Under the pieces are notes generated by a model, which was not told the origin of the DNA, searched no databases, and worked only from the letters and a program-made list of their open reading frames with translations. DNA of 64,000 bases from Zootoca vivipara (lineage: Eukaryota), in assembly GCF_963506605.1 (NCBI RefSeq), contig NC_083279.1:25296001-25360000 (forward strand), given 5' to 3'. The translations under genes and the position numbers were made by a program. Shown one piece after another: positions 34,419 through 46,672 of this stretch; position 1 is the stretch's first letter; each line of letters opens with the position of its first letter.

Positions 34419-37400
34419 CCTTGACACATACAATACCACAATTTGCTGCAACCATGGCAAACAGCATGCTCTCATGTTAACTCTTGGACAAAAAAAAATT
34501 CTCACAGTTCTGCCAGTGGCATCTTTTCCTAGTCCTTTATAGGGTTTGCTCAGATCCTATTTCTTTGTTATGTTTTGACAGGGCAATCTCTAAAATTCAA
34601 GCTACTCCCCCATTACTTTTTATTTTAAAAGCTGTGCTCTACTGAGCCAGGTGTTTCTCTTTTTTAATATACCTCTATTAGCCATCTACCATTTCCACTG
34701 ATGAGAAGACATAATTATGTCTCAAGTGTGTTCCCTCTTAAAATTGCAAAAAAGGACTTTGATTTAGACTTTCTCTAGCCTGCCTATGTTAAAAGCCTGC
34801 AAAAACTTTATCAATGAGCTATTTGAGCAGACTTTTGCTTCTTAGGCACTACTCAAGACATTTTTAGAACTTTTCATACAACACAGCATTTTTCTTATAA
34901 CTGCCATTTAAATTATTTTATGTGCAGAAGCCAAAATAGTGAATGTTTTGCCAGAATGTGGGAGTCTCTTGCAAAGGAATTTCTAGGCAGGCGATGCCAG
35001 AGCACTTAAGAATGTTCAGCTGTGGCAGTGGACAAATATTTGCTTGTAACAGCATTATCTAAAGGGGTCAGAACAATCTGACTTCATTTTTATGGTCCAG
35101 CAAAGTCCTTTTAAACAATGAGAAAACATGGGATGTTTTGACTTTTCTGTTACTAAGCATGGCCAATCTCTTCACTTTCCACTTTCAGCCCACAATCTAG
35201 GATTTAAAAGTGCTGGTGGAAAGGCAAAAACTAATACCAGTATTTCTCATTCTTTTTCTGAATATATTTAGATGCAAATTAGCTATAGAATGAATCTGGC
35301 TCACAGCATTCCATCATATTCTTAGTGCGACCAAGAAATGGCACAGGATGGAACTTTACATGTAGGGAAATGCTACAGTTATTCGGGTCACCAGGGACAA
35401 CAATGGCTCCCGCTCCATCTGTAAGTGCACCTCTATTTTTCACAGTGTAAATAATGCTTTGAATTCATTCAAAAGCCAAGTGCTTCTAAAGTCAAAAGTG
35501 CAGCAAGGTCTGCTTTTGGGATTGCTGAAATGGCAATGATGGGTTCTCGGAGAGTGTGTGTACATGTACCGTAGTACATACATTCTCAGTGCAAAGAAAT
35601 GGACTGCATTTAACTGGGTATCAGAACAAGCCCTCTGCCCAATCATCCTAATGATGTGTATTTTGCTATTGATTTTTTTTAAAAAAACTGTTTTGCTAAT
35701 GATACATGTTCTAACCTGATGATGAATGTTCACTGTCTTCCTTCACACATGCTATCCTTCCTTCTTTGGTACAGCTTCATCCTTCTGGGACAAGGAAAGA
35801 ATGATATACCGGGCACTGAGTGAAACGTCAGCTGTGGTATATTTTCTTGTGTGCCTCCTGGAATCATACTGTCAGCATCTATTCCTTGGCAGAGATCAGG
35901 GCTAGATCATAAACCAAAATTGGTTTGGCTGTTGGCTGTAGCAACTGCTAAAGGCACAGAGTTTTAACCAATAAAGGACTTCTGTTTGTGCAACAAGAAG
36001 ATACGGTACTCTACCTCTCCTCTCCCTGCACACCCTCCTTAGCCACCTCCATCTGTACTGGAGTTTTCCCCACCAGAGCAGATTTGGGTTGGAGGCAGGG
36101 AGACGCAAGTCCCATTGCACAGGCAAAAGCCCTTGCACTAACAGTATGACATCGCAGTGCCCTAAACTTCAATATACCTGCCTACCCATTTAAAACATCC
36201 TGGCTTTTGCTTTCTGATTATAGCAAAGTGTTAATTCACCATAGCCATCTCATATCAACAGCCTCTCAACCGTATTGTCTTGTCTATCCCTGTGTTGTTC
36301 AATAACAACTGCTTGAAAATAAATCCTGAAATCTCTGCATGGAGATTGTTGTCAGCGTCCATATGTTCTCGTTTTAAAAAGCATAAAATAGTTTAATTAG
36401 ATATGCTATTTATTGACTATAGGAATAGGCCTTTATCAGCTAAAAGTTTTAAACTTAAAGAGAGAAATCGCTGGATAGTCACTTCAAATTATGGAGTATT
36501 TTTTAAAAATGCTAGTTAGAATGTATGTGAAATAAATATGCAACTTTTAATAGATACCATCTGTCCTGTCAAACTGTTCTGCTTTTCTTGCTAGGACTGG
36601 TTAATTACGTGACTGGCAACCATTTCAGTAAGGAGGTGTGCTAAAGTCAAATGACTCTCCTCTTTTGTCCTTTGTAATTTTCAGCAAACAATATGGTACT
36701 GTCTCTGCTGACCTTTCGCTGTTCTTTCTTTTAAAAAGAATGCTATTGAGGCTTTGGTGACAACAGACTTAACCATTGCACCCAAAATCTTGAATGGCTT
36801 CCCAAGAACATTTGCAATGTTATTTTAAGGAGCAAAGGAAATTATAAACACAAATGACATTCTTATTCAGGGTTCAGTTGACCAATTTATTTTAAAAAAT
36901 AATGAAAAAAGTTATGATAAGTGAGTTTTAAATAGCAGTTGCCAGTGTATGGAGGGCATGGTGTACATATATTCACCCTCACTTTTCCCGAGTCAATTAC
37001 CTTCAACGGTTAAGTTCAGCTTGTGACTTAATTACTATTTATACCCATCTCTATCTCATACACTCTAGGTAACTTTCTGAAATGTCATCAATATCTGGCT
37101 CACAATCTGGGCTTGTCTACAACAGAACAAAATGTGAGTTTTTATCGTATTTTTGGTCTAGTTTTACTCTCAGAAAGAAAATATAAGATAAAAATGTGAA
37201 ACACAGATGCCCTTAACTCTTAGGCTCAGTGATTTAAAGGTGGCCTCGTCGTTAATCAGCTTCAGGCCATAATTCTCATGGAATCAGGCAAGCTTAAGCA
37301 AAATGCATTTAAACATTATTGTAACTTTAGTGATTATCTATAACAGTTGTAGCCCTGATAAATTATTATATTACTATTACTTTGTATTAGAAATGGCTAT

Positions 37401-38374
37401 TCTAATTACTTTCCAGCAAAAAAACCAAGCTTTTTAAACCATGTTGCAGCTTTTAACATTTATTTTTACAGCTTAATTCTTCATGTATTATGTTCTATTG
37501 TATTCTTATTTTATTGTTGTGCCGTATATATAACGATACTGTACTTTTAATTCTGCCCAGATAGCTTATAACAAAAGGGCAAGTAAATAAGTAAATATGA
37601 TTCAGTAGTAGTAATGAGAATAGGAAATGTGCTCTGGTGCCTCTTTCAAAATGGGTATGGCATGAGGATATACACCCTGAGAATAGGACAGATCCTCCTC
37701 AGTTTCAATGAAATAACAGTTCCATGTAAATTTCATAGAATGTGTAAATGCTGGTTCAGGAATTGTGATAAACAGTAAGGCAACAGGATTAGAAAGAGAG
37801 ATTGTATTTTGATTTACACAAGGATTTAGCCAGGCTTTGTTCCCTGGCAACTAAGCTAAGAATATAATCAGTACTGTAAGCAGACCAGCACAAATTTCCT
37901 GTATGTTATGGTGGGGAATTCGGAATAAACTAAACTGGCTCCAGATCAAAATGTGAATATTCAAATATATTCAGAAATCTGAAGTGCTATTTCAAGGTAA
38001 AGTTGTATCCTTCAGTAAGATCCTGTTTCTAGGAAGGAAGAGGGAGCATAAGTAACTATGTTAACCAACAAGACTTTACTGATACCTATTTAGTATGTTC
38101 ACTTTTTAGTATGTTTAGTATGGTCAGAACTACCTGCATAGTTAGCAAGCCAGCATTTGTTTTGGAGTAGGGAGTACTTGGATAATTCTACACAAATATT
38201 GCAATGACCAGTTCATTCAGTTTTACAATCAATATGTACATAAAATCAAACCTTCTATAAAAACCACCCTGAAGGGGTGACCCTTCTTTACACTCGTAAT
38301 ACAATTTTCTTAATTTTTCACTCAGTCCTTTTATCTGATAAAACTTTACAATTCTGTGATCAGACCCTAATATT

Positions 38375-38684
38375 TGTTGTTGTTGTTGTTTAGTCATTTA
38401 GTCTTGTCCGACTCTTCATGACCCCATGGACCATAGCACGCCAGGCACTCCTGTCTTCCACTGCCTCCCACAGTTTGGTCAGACTCATGTTCGTAGCTTC
38501 GAGAACACTGTCCAACCATCTCGTCCTCTGTCGTCCCCTTCTCCTAGTGCCCTCAATCTTTCCCATCATCAGGGTCTTTTCCAAGGATTCTTCTCTTCTC
38601 ATGAGGTGGCCAAAGTATTGGAGCCTCAGCTTCAGGACCTGTCCTTCCAGTGAGCACTCAGGGCTGATTTCCTTAAGAGTGGAT
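38375..38684 (-). mobile_element. BovB (RTE) LINE, 5'-truncated 3' end
   Basis: ORF end MRREESLEKTLMMGKIEGTRRRGRQRTRWLD...AWRAMVHGVMKSRTRLND; (CAA)n tail; 13-bp TSD agaccctaatatt (38362-38374, 38685-38697). Confidence 0.92.
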
Positions 38685-38963
38685 AGACCCTAATATTAAC
38701 ATGAATTAATATTTTTATTGTACAGAACAGATAAAATATTTTCCTAAGCTCTCATAGTGCTGCGAGATCACCACCACCAAATGAACTTACACACAACCCA
38801 AACGAACTTACACCCACCACCCACTTAACCACGCATTCTTCATCCAGCTTTGGCTGTTCTTTCTGGTGCATATTTCTGATGCACTTACCCCAGCTAATCA
38901 AGGATAAAAATATGCTATTCACTTTTTAAAGCTTGAGAAACAGTGTACAACTACTCCTGACTG

Positions 38964-39305
38964 CAGGGCTGGCCCACCTATGAGGCAAGGAGAAGCAAAC
39001 GCCTTGAGCAGCAGGATCCTTAGGGGCAACAGTTCCAGCCTCCAAGGAATGCATCACCTGCTGATGCTGATGCTGATGCTGCTGATGCAGTAGCAGTGAC
39101 AGCTGTGGGACGCTCCTTGGAGGCCAGATCTGCTGCCTCCTCAGCAACCTCCCCCACCAAAATACAGTGACCTCTTGGCAAATAAGAGCTGGTGCTGAAC
39201 TCCTCCCACCCTTGTTCTCCATATAGATCTTCACTCCTCTCTCCCCTGGTGCAGGAGGCATTTTGTGGTTTGCCTCAGGTGCCAAAATGTCTTGGGCTGG
39301 CCCTA
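38964..39305. mobile_element. hAT-Tip100-like non-autonomous element
   Basis: cagggctggccc ... gggctggcccta termini; internal (CTGATG)n; no clear TSD. Confidence 0.55.
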
Positions 39306-39446
39306 CTTAACTGACAAGAATGTTAGATTCTTAAACTTTTATTGGCAAACATACAAGATTCCAGTAGGGTTCAGCACCCAAAAACCCCAAAACAAAACAC
39401 CATTCACCCCCCAACCCCTCTGCATCTAAAACTTAAGTTAGTGCTG

Positions 39447-39645
39447 GTTACAGGTAGGTAGCCGTGTTGGTCTGGATCGAAGTAAAATAAAAAAATTCCT
39501 TCAGTAGCACCTTAAAGACCAACTAAGTTTTTATTTTGGTATGAGCTTTCGTGTGGTATCTGAAGAAGTGTGCATGCACACGAAAGCTCATACCAAAATA
39601 AAAACTTAGTTGGTCTTTAAGGTGCTACTGAAGGAATTTTTTTAT
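39447..39645. mobile_element. Penelope-like element remnant with ~70-bp perfect inverted arms
   Basis: arms ~39486-39555 and 39577-39647; 14-bp flanking direct repeat ttaagttagtgctg (39433-39446, 39646-39659). Confidence 0.8.
39554..39595 (+). ncRNA. minimal type I hammerhead ribozyme motif
   Basis: UGGUAU-CUGAAGA-A-GUGUG(CAUG)CACAC-GAAA-GC-UC^-AUACCA: both core boxes, 6-bp helix I, 5-bp helix II, palindromic AGCU in place of helix III. Confidence 0.75.
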
Positions 39646-39829
39646 TTAAGTTAGTGCTGTATACCATTCATGAATCCTCATTGCATGTGGCAGAAACCTG
39701 TCTACACTCTCCATCCCATCCCCATCCTGAGTAAACATAAGGAAGGCTACCTTGCATTCTGAATTCCACTCCCTACTAGCAACCAACTGATTAATAAACT
39801 TAGATCAAATTGTCTAGTACGAGTGCACA

Positions 39830-40330
39830 AGAACATGTGTGACTGATTCTATTGGCCTCTGTCCACAAGTGCGTAGTCTCTCTCTAAGTGATGTTTTCTG
39901 GAATCTCCCCTGTAGGTAGTACATCCAGTCTTGCCAGTGTGTAAGCCTAGCATTGATTCGGGAGAGAGACAACACCATTGACTTGCTCATCTTACACCAT
40001 CCCCAAACCTGCACACACACTATTCCTGATTTGGCTGCTACGTTCCTGGAATTCCTTGACAAGAATGTCATTTTTATTACATAGGAAGGTAATAACCGAT
40101 GGCACTGTAGTGCCTGGGGCAATTTTTACCTGTAACTATGAAAAGGCACAAAATATTCCCTAAACAGCACACCCCAATGTCTCTCACAATTCTTTGCTAA
40201 GTCCATATTCACTCTTCTGGGAATGTCTGGTGTACACTACTTGTTACCATCTACAGCTCTCAGCAGAAATAACTTCAGTGTGTCACCAGTTATCAGCAAG
40301 GCAATCTGGACAGTGATATTTTGCACATTG
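39830..40330 (-). mobile_element. old non-LTR retrotransposon ORF2 C-terminal fragment (tentative)
   Basis: peptide SLSRINARL...LQGRFQKTSLRERL.TC resembles the 'GRF....ERLC' LINE C-terminal motif; frames broken. Confidence 0.35.
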
Positions 40331-43208
40331 GATCACAAGGCTTTCTTCCCGTGGAAGGTAACCGAAATGATTAATTACATACAAACACACCTATCAAGAC
40401 AAGATTTGCATAGCATAGATGAATTTTTGATTTATAGAAAAACTCCATGGGAGGGGGAGACTGCTAACTTAAACAGAATTATCACATGGGAATAAAACTT
40501 GGATGTTACAGGGTATGTTTGAGGTCAAACAGAATGGCCCTTCTTCCTGTTTTGAATACACTCTTTATTTTCCATCTTATTTGTAGTTAACAGAGAACAC
40601 TGCCTTGACTTTTTTTTAAAAAAAATTGCTGGTGTGGTAGCTAGTTATTAGAAGGTTCATTTCCAATAAATCCTGCCATAATGGAATTTTTAGGCATGAC
40701 AGCTTCCATCTGCTATGCAAAGCAAGCACAGCCTTGCTTCCATGGGTGGGGCCCTGACTCAGGCAGCAGACAAATGCTTGGCAGCCTGAAAAATAGAAAG
40801 ACAGCCCAGAATATGAAAGTATTTAAACACATGCACAAAAACAACACAACTGTAAAGATTCTTTCTAAAATCCAAATAACTCAAATGTGTGCTGGAATTT
40901 TGCAAAAACGGTAAGATCGACAGTGCTTGTTCACTGGCATTTCTTACATTAGGTTTGCACAGCCTGCTCTGGGAAAGCAACAGTATTAAACAAGTACAAA
41001 AGCCACAGGCCTGATTCACATATGCACGTGTGCTATTCCAAGTGCAATCCTGTGTAGGTCTTCTCAGAAGTAAATCCAAGATGGTATTTGCTTCTAGATC
41101 AGCACAAGCTTAATTTCTCTGCACTCATTATCATACAGTTGGTGACTGAAAGCTGAATACACCAATAGAGTTGGTGACTGAAAGCTGAAAAATATATTTA
41201 AGGAGATATGGAAAAGATCTGCTTGTGGTGTTACATCAAGGATGACCCATTCATACATGCAAGTCATCATTGCATGCTGCTGTAACACAAGATATACATG
41301 TGTTAACTATCCCACAGTTTCCCGGCTTGAACACTCACAGTCCACAGAGAAAATGAGGAACACATAGCCAAAACTTTGTTTCAAGGGACCCTGGTATTCC
41401 AGCAGAATGAGAAGTTTACTAATGATACGACACATTTCTTGGAAGACACAAATCTCCTGCAGTGCACATCACAGGAGAGTGTCCTGGACATGGTCTTTCA
41501 GTTCACACAGGGCAAAAATGTGACCAGAGAGGCTTGCCAAGCTATGAAACTCTGTAAACTGACTGTGCACCCTTAAACATGCCCAGGAATAATTGTACAG
41601 CCATTTTACAGCAGATAAGATGATGTGGAAATGGTTTCCCGAAGGCAGCATGTTTGAGAAACCACCAAATTAAACCACCCTAATCACTACCACAGCTGAT
41701 GCCTGAGGAAGTCTCTTTCCAATTAAATTTTCTGGCTTCAGTTGTTAAGGTGGAAAGCTGAAGGCATGCTGCAGTGAAATATATTTCTGCTATCCTGAGT
41801 CCCAGTCTCTTCTCCAATATGCAAGGAATTGTAAAAAGGAGTAAGCATTTACCGTACTCTCCTATTCTTTTTGTTTGGAAGCTATGTGAAAAATACTAAA
41901 GATCATTTGTTTTTGGGAGGGGAAACGGGGGAATAATCCAGGAAATTCAGGAAATGTTCAATTCCATTGGAGGAATTAGGTATGTGATTAACACTCAGTT
42001 GATTTTAACAGAACAGACAGTGCTTAACCTTGGCTGAATCATGCCCATGATATGTACTGTGTACACCTAGCCTTCTTGTAAGATGTGAATTCATTTCCTA
42101 ATTAACTGAAAACACCATGCATGCTATGTTATTTCCTCGGGGAAAGGGTGGAATATAGATATGAATAACAATACTTAATAAAAGAGAAAATAGCACTGAG
42201 AGGCAACCCCTTAATCTGCTTGGTTTTCAGTTTGAGAATTACATGCTTCTGGGTAATCATTTTAATCAAGTCTACATTACTTAACCTAAACATATACAGA
42301 ACAGGAAGTAGGAGGCCTGCAGTGCTGTCTGGCTCTTCTTGGTCATTTTTAAATATACATATAATTTAAGGTATGCATCTTACAAAATTAGAAGCTGGCC
42401 TGACAACTCTTCTGCATTTTACATAACCACCTGCTTTTAGACGGTTCAGTAAACACACCTGACCAGCATGCAAGAGGAAAATAGGTTGATTATATAATTA
42501 TCCATTGTTTATAACTTTGCTAAGTTTGCCAACTCTTTATTTATGAATAAATTTGTTACACTTTTTCCAGGAAGAACCCAACCACAGACATTGCAATAAT
42601 CTAATAGGTCATACACAAAGAGAATGCTCAGAAAATTTTACATGGCTCATTTTGTTTTCTTCTGTTTTTAATTGAGCTACTCTCCTTTTTTCAAATGGAA
42701 ACTGGAGGAAATATTCAACAACAATAAACCCAATTTAGAATATGAAAGAGGAAATTTAGTTATGGTATTCCATCAAACTGGAAACATGGGTATGATTCAG
42801 CCAAACTTGCAGTCATTAAGAATGTATTAAAATTTCTTCTGTTGATAGCAAAATAATTTAGAAGCACTTGTCTTTGGCTGAATTTTGTCCATTGTGATAA
42901 TTGAAAAAGTTATTCATTCCAGCTCCTGGTGTCCTGCTAACCAGAGTAAGTAACACAGGCACAACTTTTCTATAGTAGCACCCCTCTTTATACATATAAG
43001 CACTTAGGAAATACTTCACTTGGGAGGACCTTTAATGATTAGCTTTAATATGTGCAAGCTAGCATGATTTCTAAGAAGACATTTTAGTGGCACGTTTCAG
43101 ATCATTTTGTGACTGAATTGCTTTTACTGATTATGTGATGCTTTCATTGCTTTTGAGTTTTGTAATCCATCTTGTAATTATTGTAAAAGTTGTAACACAC
43201 ACACACAC

Positions 43209-43337
43209 CAGGGCTTTTTTTCAGCCAGAACTTGTCAGAACTGAGTTTGGGCACATCTCAGGTGGGCACCATTTCCATTATAAGAGAACAAGGGAGGCGT
43301 TCATGGAGAGTTCCGGCACCTCTTTTTCTAGAAAAAT

Positions 43338-43340
<3 letters not shown>
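43209..43340. mobile_element. hAT-like MITE inserted in a (CA)n tract
   Basis: cagggctttttt...gagttccggcacctctttttctagaaaaatag; CA repeats on both sides (43195-43208, 43341-43385). Confidence 0.6.
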
Positions 43341-43387
<47 letters not shown>

Positions 43388-43423
43388 CAGCTGTTCTACA
43401 ATCATTTAAACAGAAATAGAGGA

Positions 43424-43800
43424 GTGGTCTAAACCACTGAGCCTAGGGCTTGCCGATCAGAAGGTTGGCGGTTCGAATCCCTGCGATGGGCTGCGCTCCC
43501 GTTGCGCCCCAGCTCCTGCCAACCTAGCAGTTCGAAAGCACACCAAAAGTGCAAGTAGATAAATAGGTAACACTCCAGTGGGAAGGTAAATGGCCTTTCT
43601 GTGCACTGCTCTGATGTCAGTGTTCCATTGTGCCAGAAGCAGCTTAGTCATGCTGGCCACATGACCTCGAAAAACTGTCTGCAGAGTAGACAAATGCCAG
43701 CTCCCTCAGCCTGTAAAGCGAGATGAGCGCCGCAACCTCAGAGTCGTTCGCGACTGGACTTAACTGTCAAGGGTCCCTTTACCTTTACCTTTACTTTACC
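43424..43800 (+). mobile_element. Sauria SINE
   Basis: B-box ggttcgaatccc; (ACCTTT)n tail; 7-bp TSD tagagga (43417-43423, 43801-43807). Confidence 0.9.
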
Positions 43801-44225
43801 TAGAGGAAGGATCTAAATTCACATGCACTTATCTTGAAGTATAAATACACTAGAATCCTTGGCCTCCACGTTCATTCAACAATATCTGAATTAAGTTAAC
43901 ATGAGCGTGGGCAGTTATTTTTGTGTCACGGCAGAGCTCTATCCTCCCTTTTCTAGTAAATTATTTCCGTACAGCTAATTATGTAAAAATGAAGTAGGAA
44001 TGCTTTGTTGGCAGTTCTCAGCTAAACCTATGAAAACATGACTGCTTGGTTGAATACCCTCTTATCTGAGAAATAGGAAGAGTGAATGTCATTACAGGCC
44101 TTATTAAGGAACCCTAGGACTGTGGTTTGTAGGACATGCTTGCTGTAACAGTCAAAAGGAAGGACTTTCCCTTGTGTGTGTGGATGTGTTTTTGGCAGCT
44201 CAGGGTAAGCAGGGAAGGACTGAAA

Positions 44226-44382
44226 TAGAATTATAGAATCATAGAGTTGTAGAGTTGGAAAGGACCCTGAGGATCATCTAGTCTAACCCCCTGCAATGCA
44301 GGAATATGCAGCTGTCCCATATGGGGATTGAACTTGCAACCTTGGTGTTATCAGCACCACACTCTAACCAACTGAGCTAAGC
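44226..44382 (-). mobile_element. tRNA-Ile-derived SINE with CR1-like tail
   Basis: minus strand gcttagctcagttggttagagtgtggtgctgataacaccaaggttgcaagttcaatcccc followed by ...ctctatgattctataattctat. Confidence 0.8.
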
Positions 44383-45552
44383 TGTGTGAAAGATGGTGTC
44401 TAATGTAATAAATTATCGAGCAGCAGAATCCAAGTCATAGCTGGAGGGGATAAGAAATTCCATTAGGCCCTGAGCCAAGAATAAGGAAAGGACGAGTAAT
44501 AAGCTGCAACTTGATGGGAGCAAAACTCACTACAAGTTGTGGCAGCAGCAACTTTAGAGCCCTGGCACTGCTGTCATCAATTTATGAGATATTTAAATCA
44601 AGATTCAACAAGCTCCATGGCCGTATGGGATAAGGAAGGATTATTTTGCTGCAGGATCTGTGATTCAAGATTGAGGGTTTTTTTAAAAAAACACAACAGA
44701 TTTTCTAAATGCACAAATTCCTTGTCAGACACCCTACAGTAAAAAAACAACAAAAAAACACGAATGAACATAAAGCATGCTTTGCTCCTTGGTTACATCC
44801 TGTATCTATGGCAGTTTCTTCCTGGGAGCCAGTAGTTTCTTCCTGGGAGCCAGTAGGAAAATCCCATGGCCCTTGCAATGACCAATGTAAATCCTGATTC
44901 TGTGACACCCTGGTCCATTTTACACTGCTGCAATCATCATGGGCATGTCCCCTGCAAATCCCATCATGCTGGCATTGGGAGGCTCACAAGTGCAAGCACT
45001 GTTGTTCTGAACAGTAAAAGCAGGGCCCAACTATCTATGGAAGCAGAAAACTTTCATCTTTACATCCATTATAATGTGCCACCGTTGGCTAAATGGGAAC
45101 CCCAGAGCAGCTGTTTTGCACTGGCTGCTGAAGAATGAGCACAAAAGGCAAGACAGGCCTTGCTCAAGGCACAAAAACATTTATTAATATTGCAGAGGGG
45201 AAATGGATGATATGAAACAAATATTTTAGTAAAGATGACAAATTTCTATGATGCAAAGTTTGTAAGAAGAAATACAGAAGACCCTTTCTGCCCTTGAGAG
45301 AAGCCTTTATTCTCTCAGTCGGAGCTTTTACAAAACGCTGCATGCTGAAAAAGGAAGCTCATAGTTCTTTGTACCATTGTGAAGTGACAGAGCTTGAGAG
45401 AAAAGCTCTGCTCTTTACACAGTCAAGGGTGCTAAAGTCCTGAGCTGGGGTGGGGGAATATCCATGTGAATTTTAAACTTTTACTGCCTGGACACAAGCT
45501 GACAGAAAAGTGGGATAAACCAATAGGGTTTATCTCGTTCATACTGCCTTAA

Positions 45553-45921
45553 AAAGGTAAAGGTAAAGGACCCCTGACAGTTAAGTCCAGTCGTGAATGA
45601 CTCTGGGGTTGTGGCGCTCATCTCGATTTAGTGGCCAAGGGAGCCAACGTTTGTCCGCAGACAGTTTATCCGGGTCATGTGGCCATCATGACTAAGCCAC
45701 TTCTGGCGAAACCAAAGCAGCACATGGAAACGCCGTTTACCTTCCCACCGGAGCGGTACCTATTGATCTACTTGCACTTTGACGTGCTCTCGAACTGCTA
45801 GGTTGACAGGAGCTGGGACCGAGCAATGGGAGCTCACCTCGTCGCAGGGATTCAAACCGGCAACCTTCTGATCGGCAAGCCCTAGGCTCAGTGGTTTAGA
45901 TTATAGCACCACCCGCATCTC
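45553..45921 (-). mobile_element. Sauria SINE
   Basis: aaaggtaaaggtaaagg tail; TSD tactgccttaa (45542-45552, 45926-45936). Confidence 0.9.
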
Positions 45922-46504
45922 TTCGTACTGCCTTAAGGACTCTAAATATGGTTTCAAATTTGTATCTTCCAAGTGTACATATCCAGAGGAATAAATAACT
46001 TGAATCATTTTCTGATTCGCTTTAATCAGCAGCAAACCCACACACTTCATACATTCCTTCGGCTTTGAAGAATGTGTTCCTGATGTCAGCTGATTGCTAG
46101 ATAACACTTTGTGCGTCCTTGAACTTTCAGAACACATTCCCTGCTTTAAGGTTGTCCCCTTGCTCAGTGCATTCTCCTTTAGCTTGTTCTGAAATCTTAG
46201 CATACTACCTCAGCCAAAATAATGTCAACAGGTGAAACTCTGCCTTGTATAAGCACCATGCATGACATCACTCATGTATTGTGGCCATCTAGATGCTAGG
46301 TAAGCCTCTTCTTGAAAAAATATTGGCAAAGCAAATATAGGTGGTTTATTGAGTTGTGATGGGGCATTGTACATGACTGGTGGGTTCCACTTGGCTTGGT
46401 GGATCATAAGTTGTGCAGTTCTAGTTTAATATGAGCCAGGACTCTCAAGAACATAGACCCAAATAATAAAGAGGGGAGACCTCTGAGCATGTGTGAGATA
46501 GCCT

Positions 46505-46672
46505 AAATACATCCCTAATATCTACATTTAAAGCATGGCTTCCCCCCAAAGAATCCAGGAACTGTAGCATACCTGTTACAGAGGTACTATTCTCAGCACC
46601 TTTAGAAACTACAATTCCCAGTATTCTTTGGGAGAAGCCATGTGCTTTAAATATATGGTGTGGATGTGACCC
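46505..46672. mobile_element. palindromic MITE
   Basis: tttaaagcatggcttcccccaaagaatcc.ggaactgtag ... ctacaattcccagtattctttgggagaagccatgtgctttaaa; related decayed copy at ~50840-51000. Confidence 0.6.

Noticed and set aside
35270-35840. Exon-like segments (donor at ~35421; ag...gt segment at ~35775-35836)
   Set aside because: No coherent frame or recognisable protein
44305-44382. tRNA-Ile-like gene with a GAT anticodon
   Set aside because: Acceptor stem is broken and it is fused to a CR1-like tail, so it is a SINE head, not a tRNA gene
44811-44856. 21-bp tandem duplication (similar short duplications at ~4474, ~41137, ~52828)
   Set aside because: Ordinary slippage or repair duplications with no further structure
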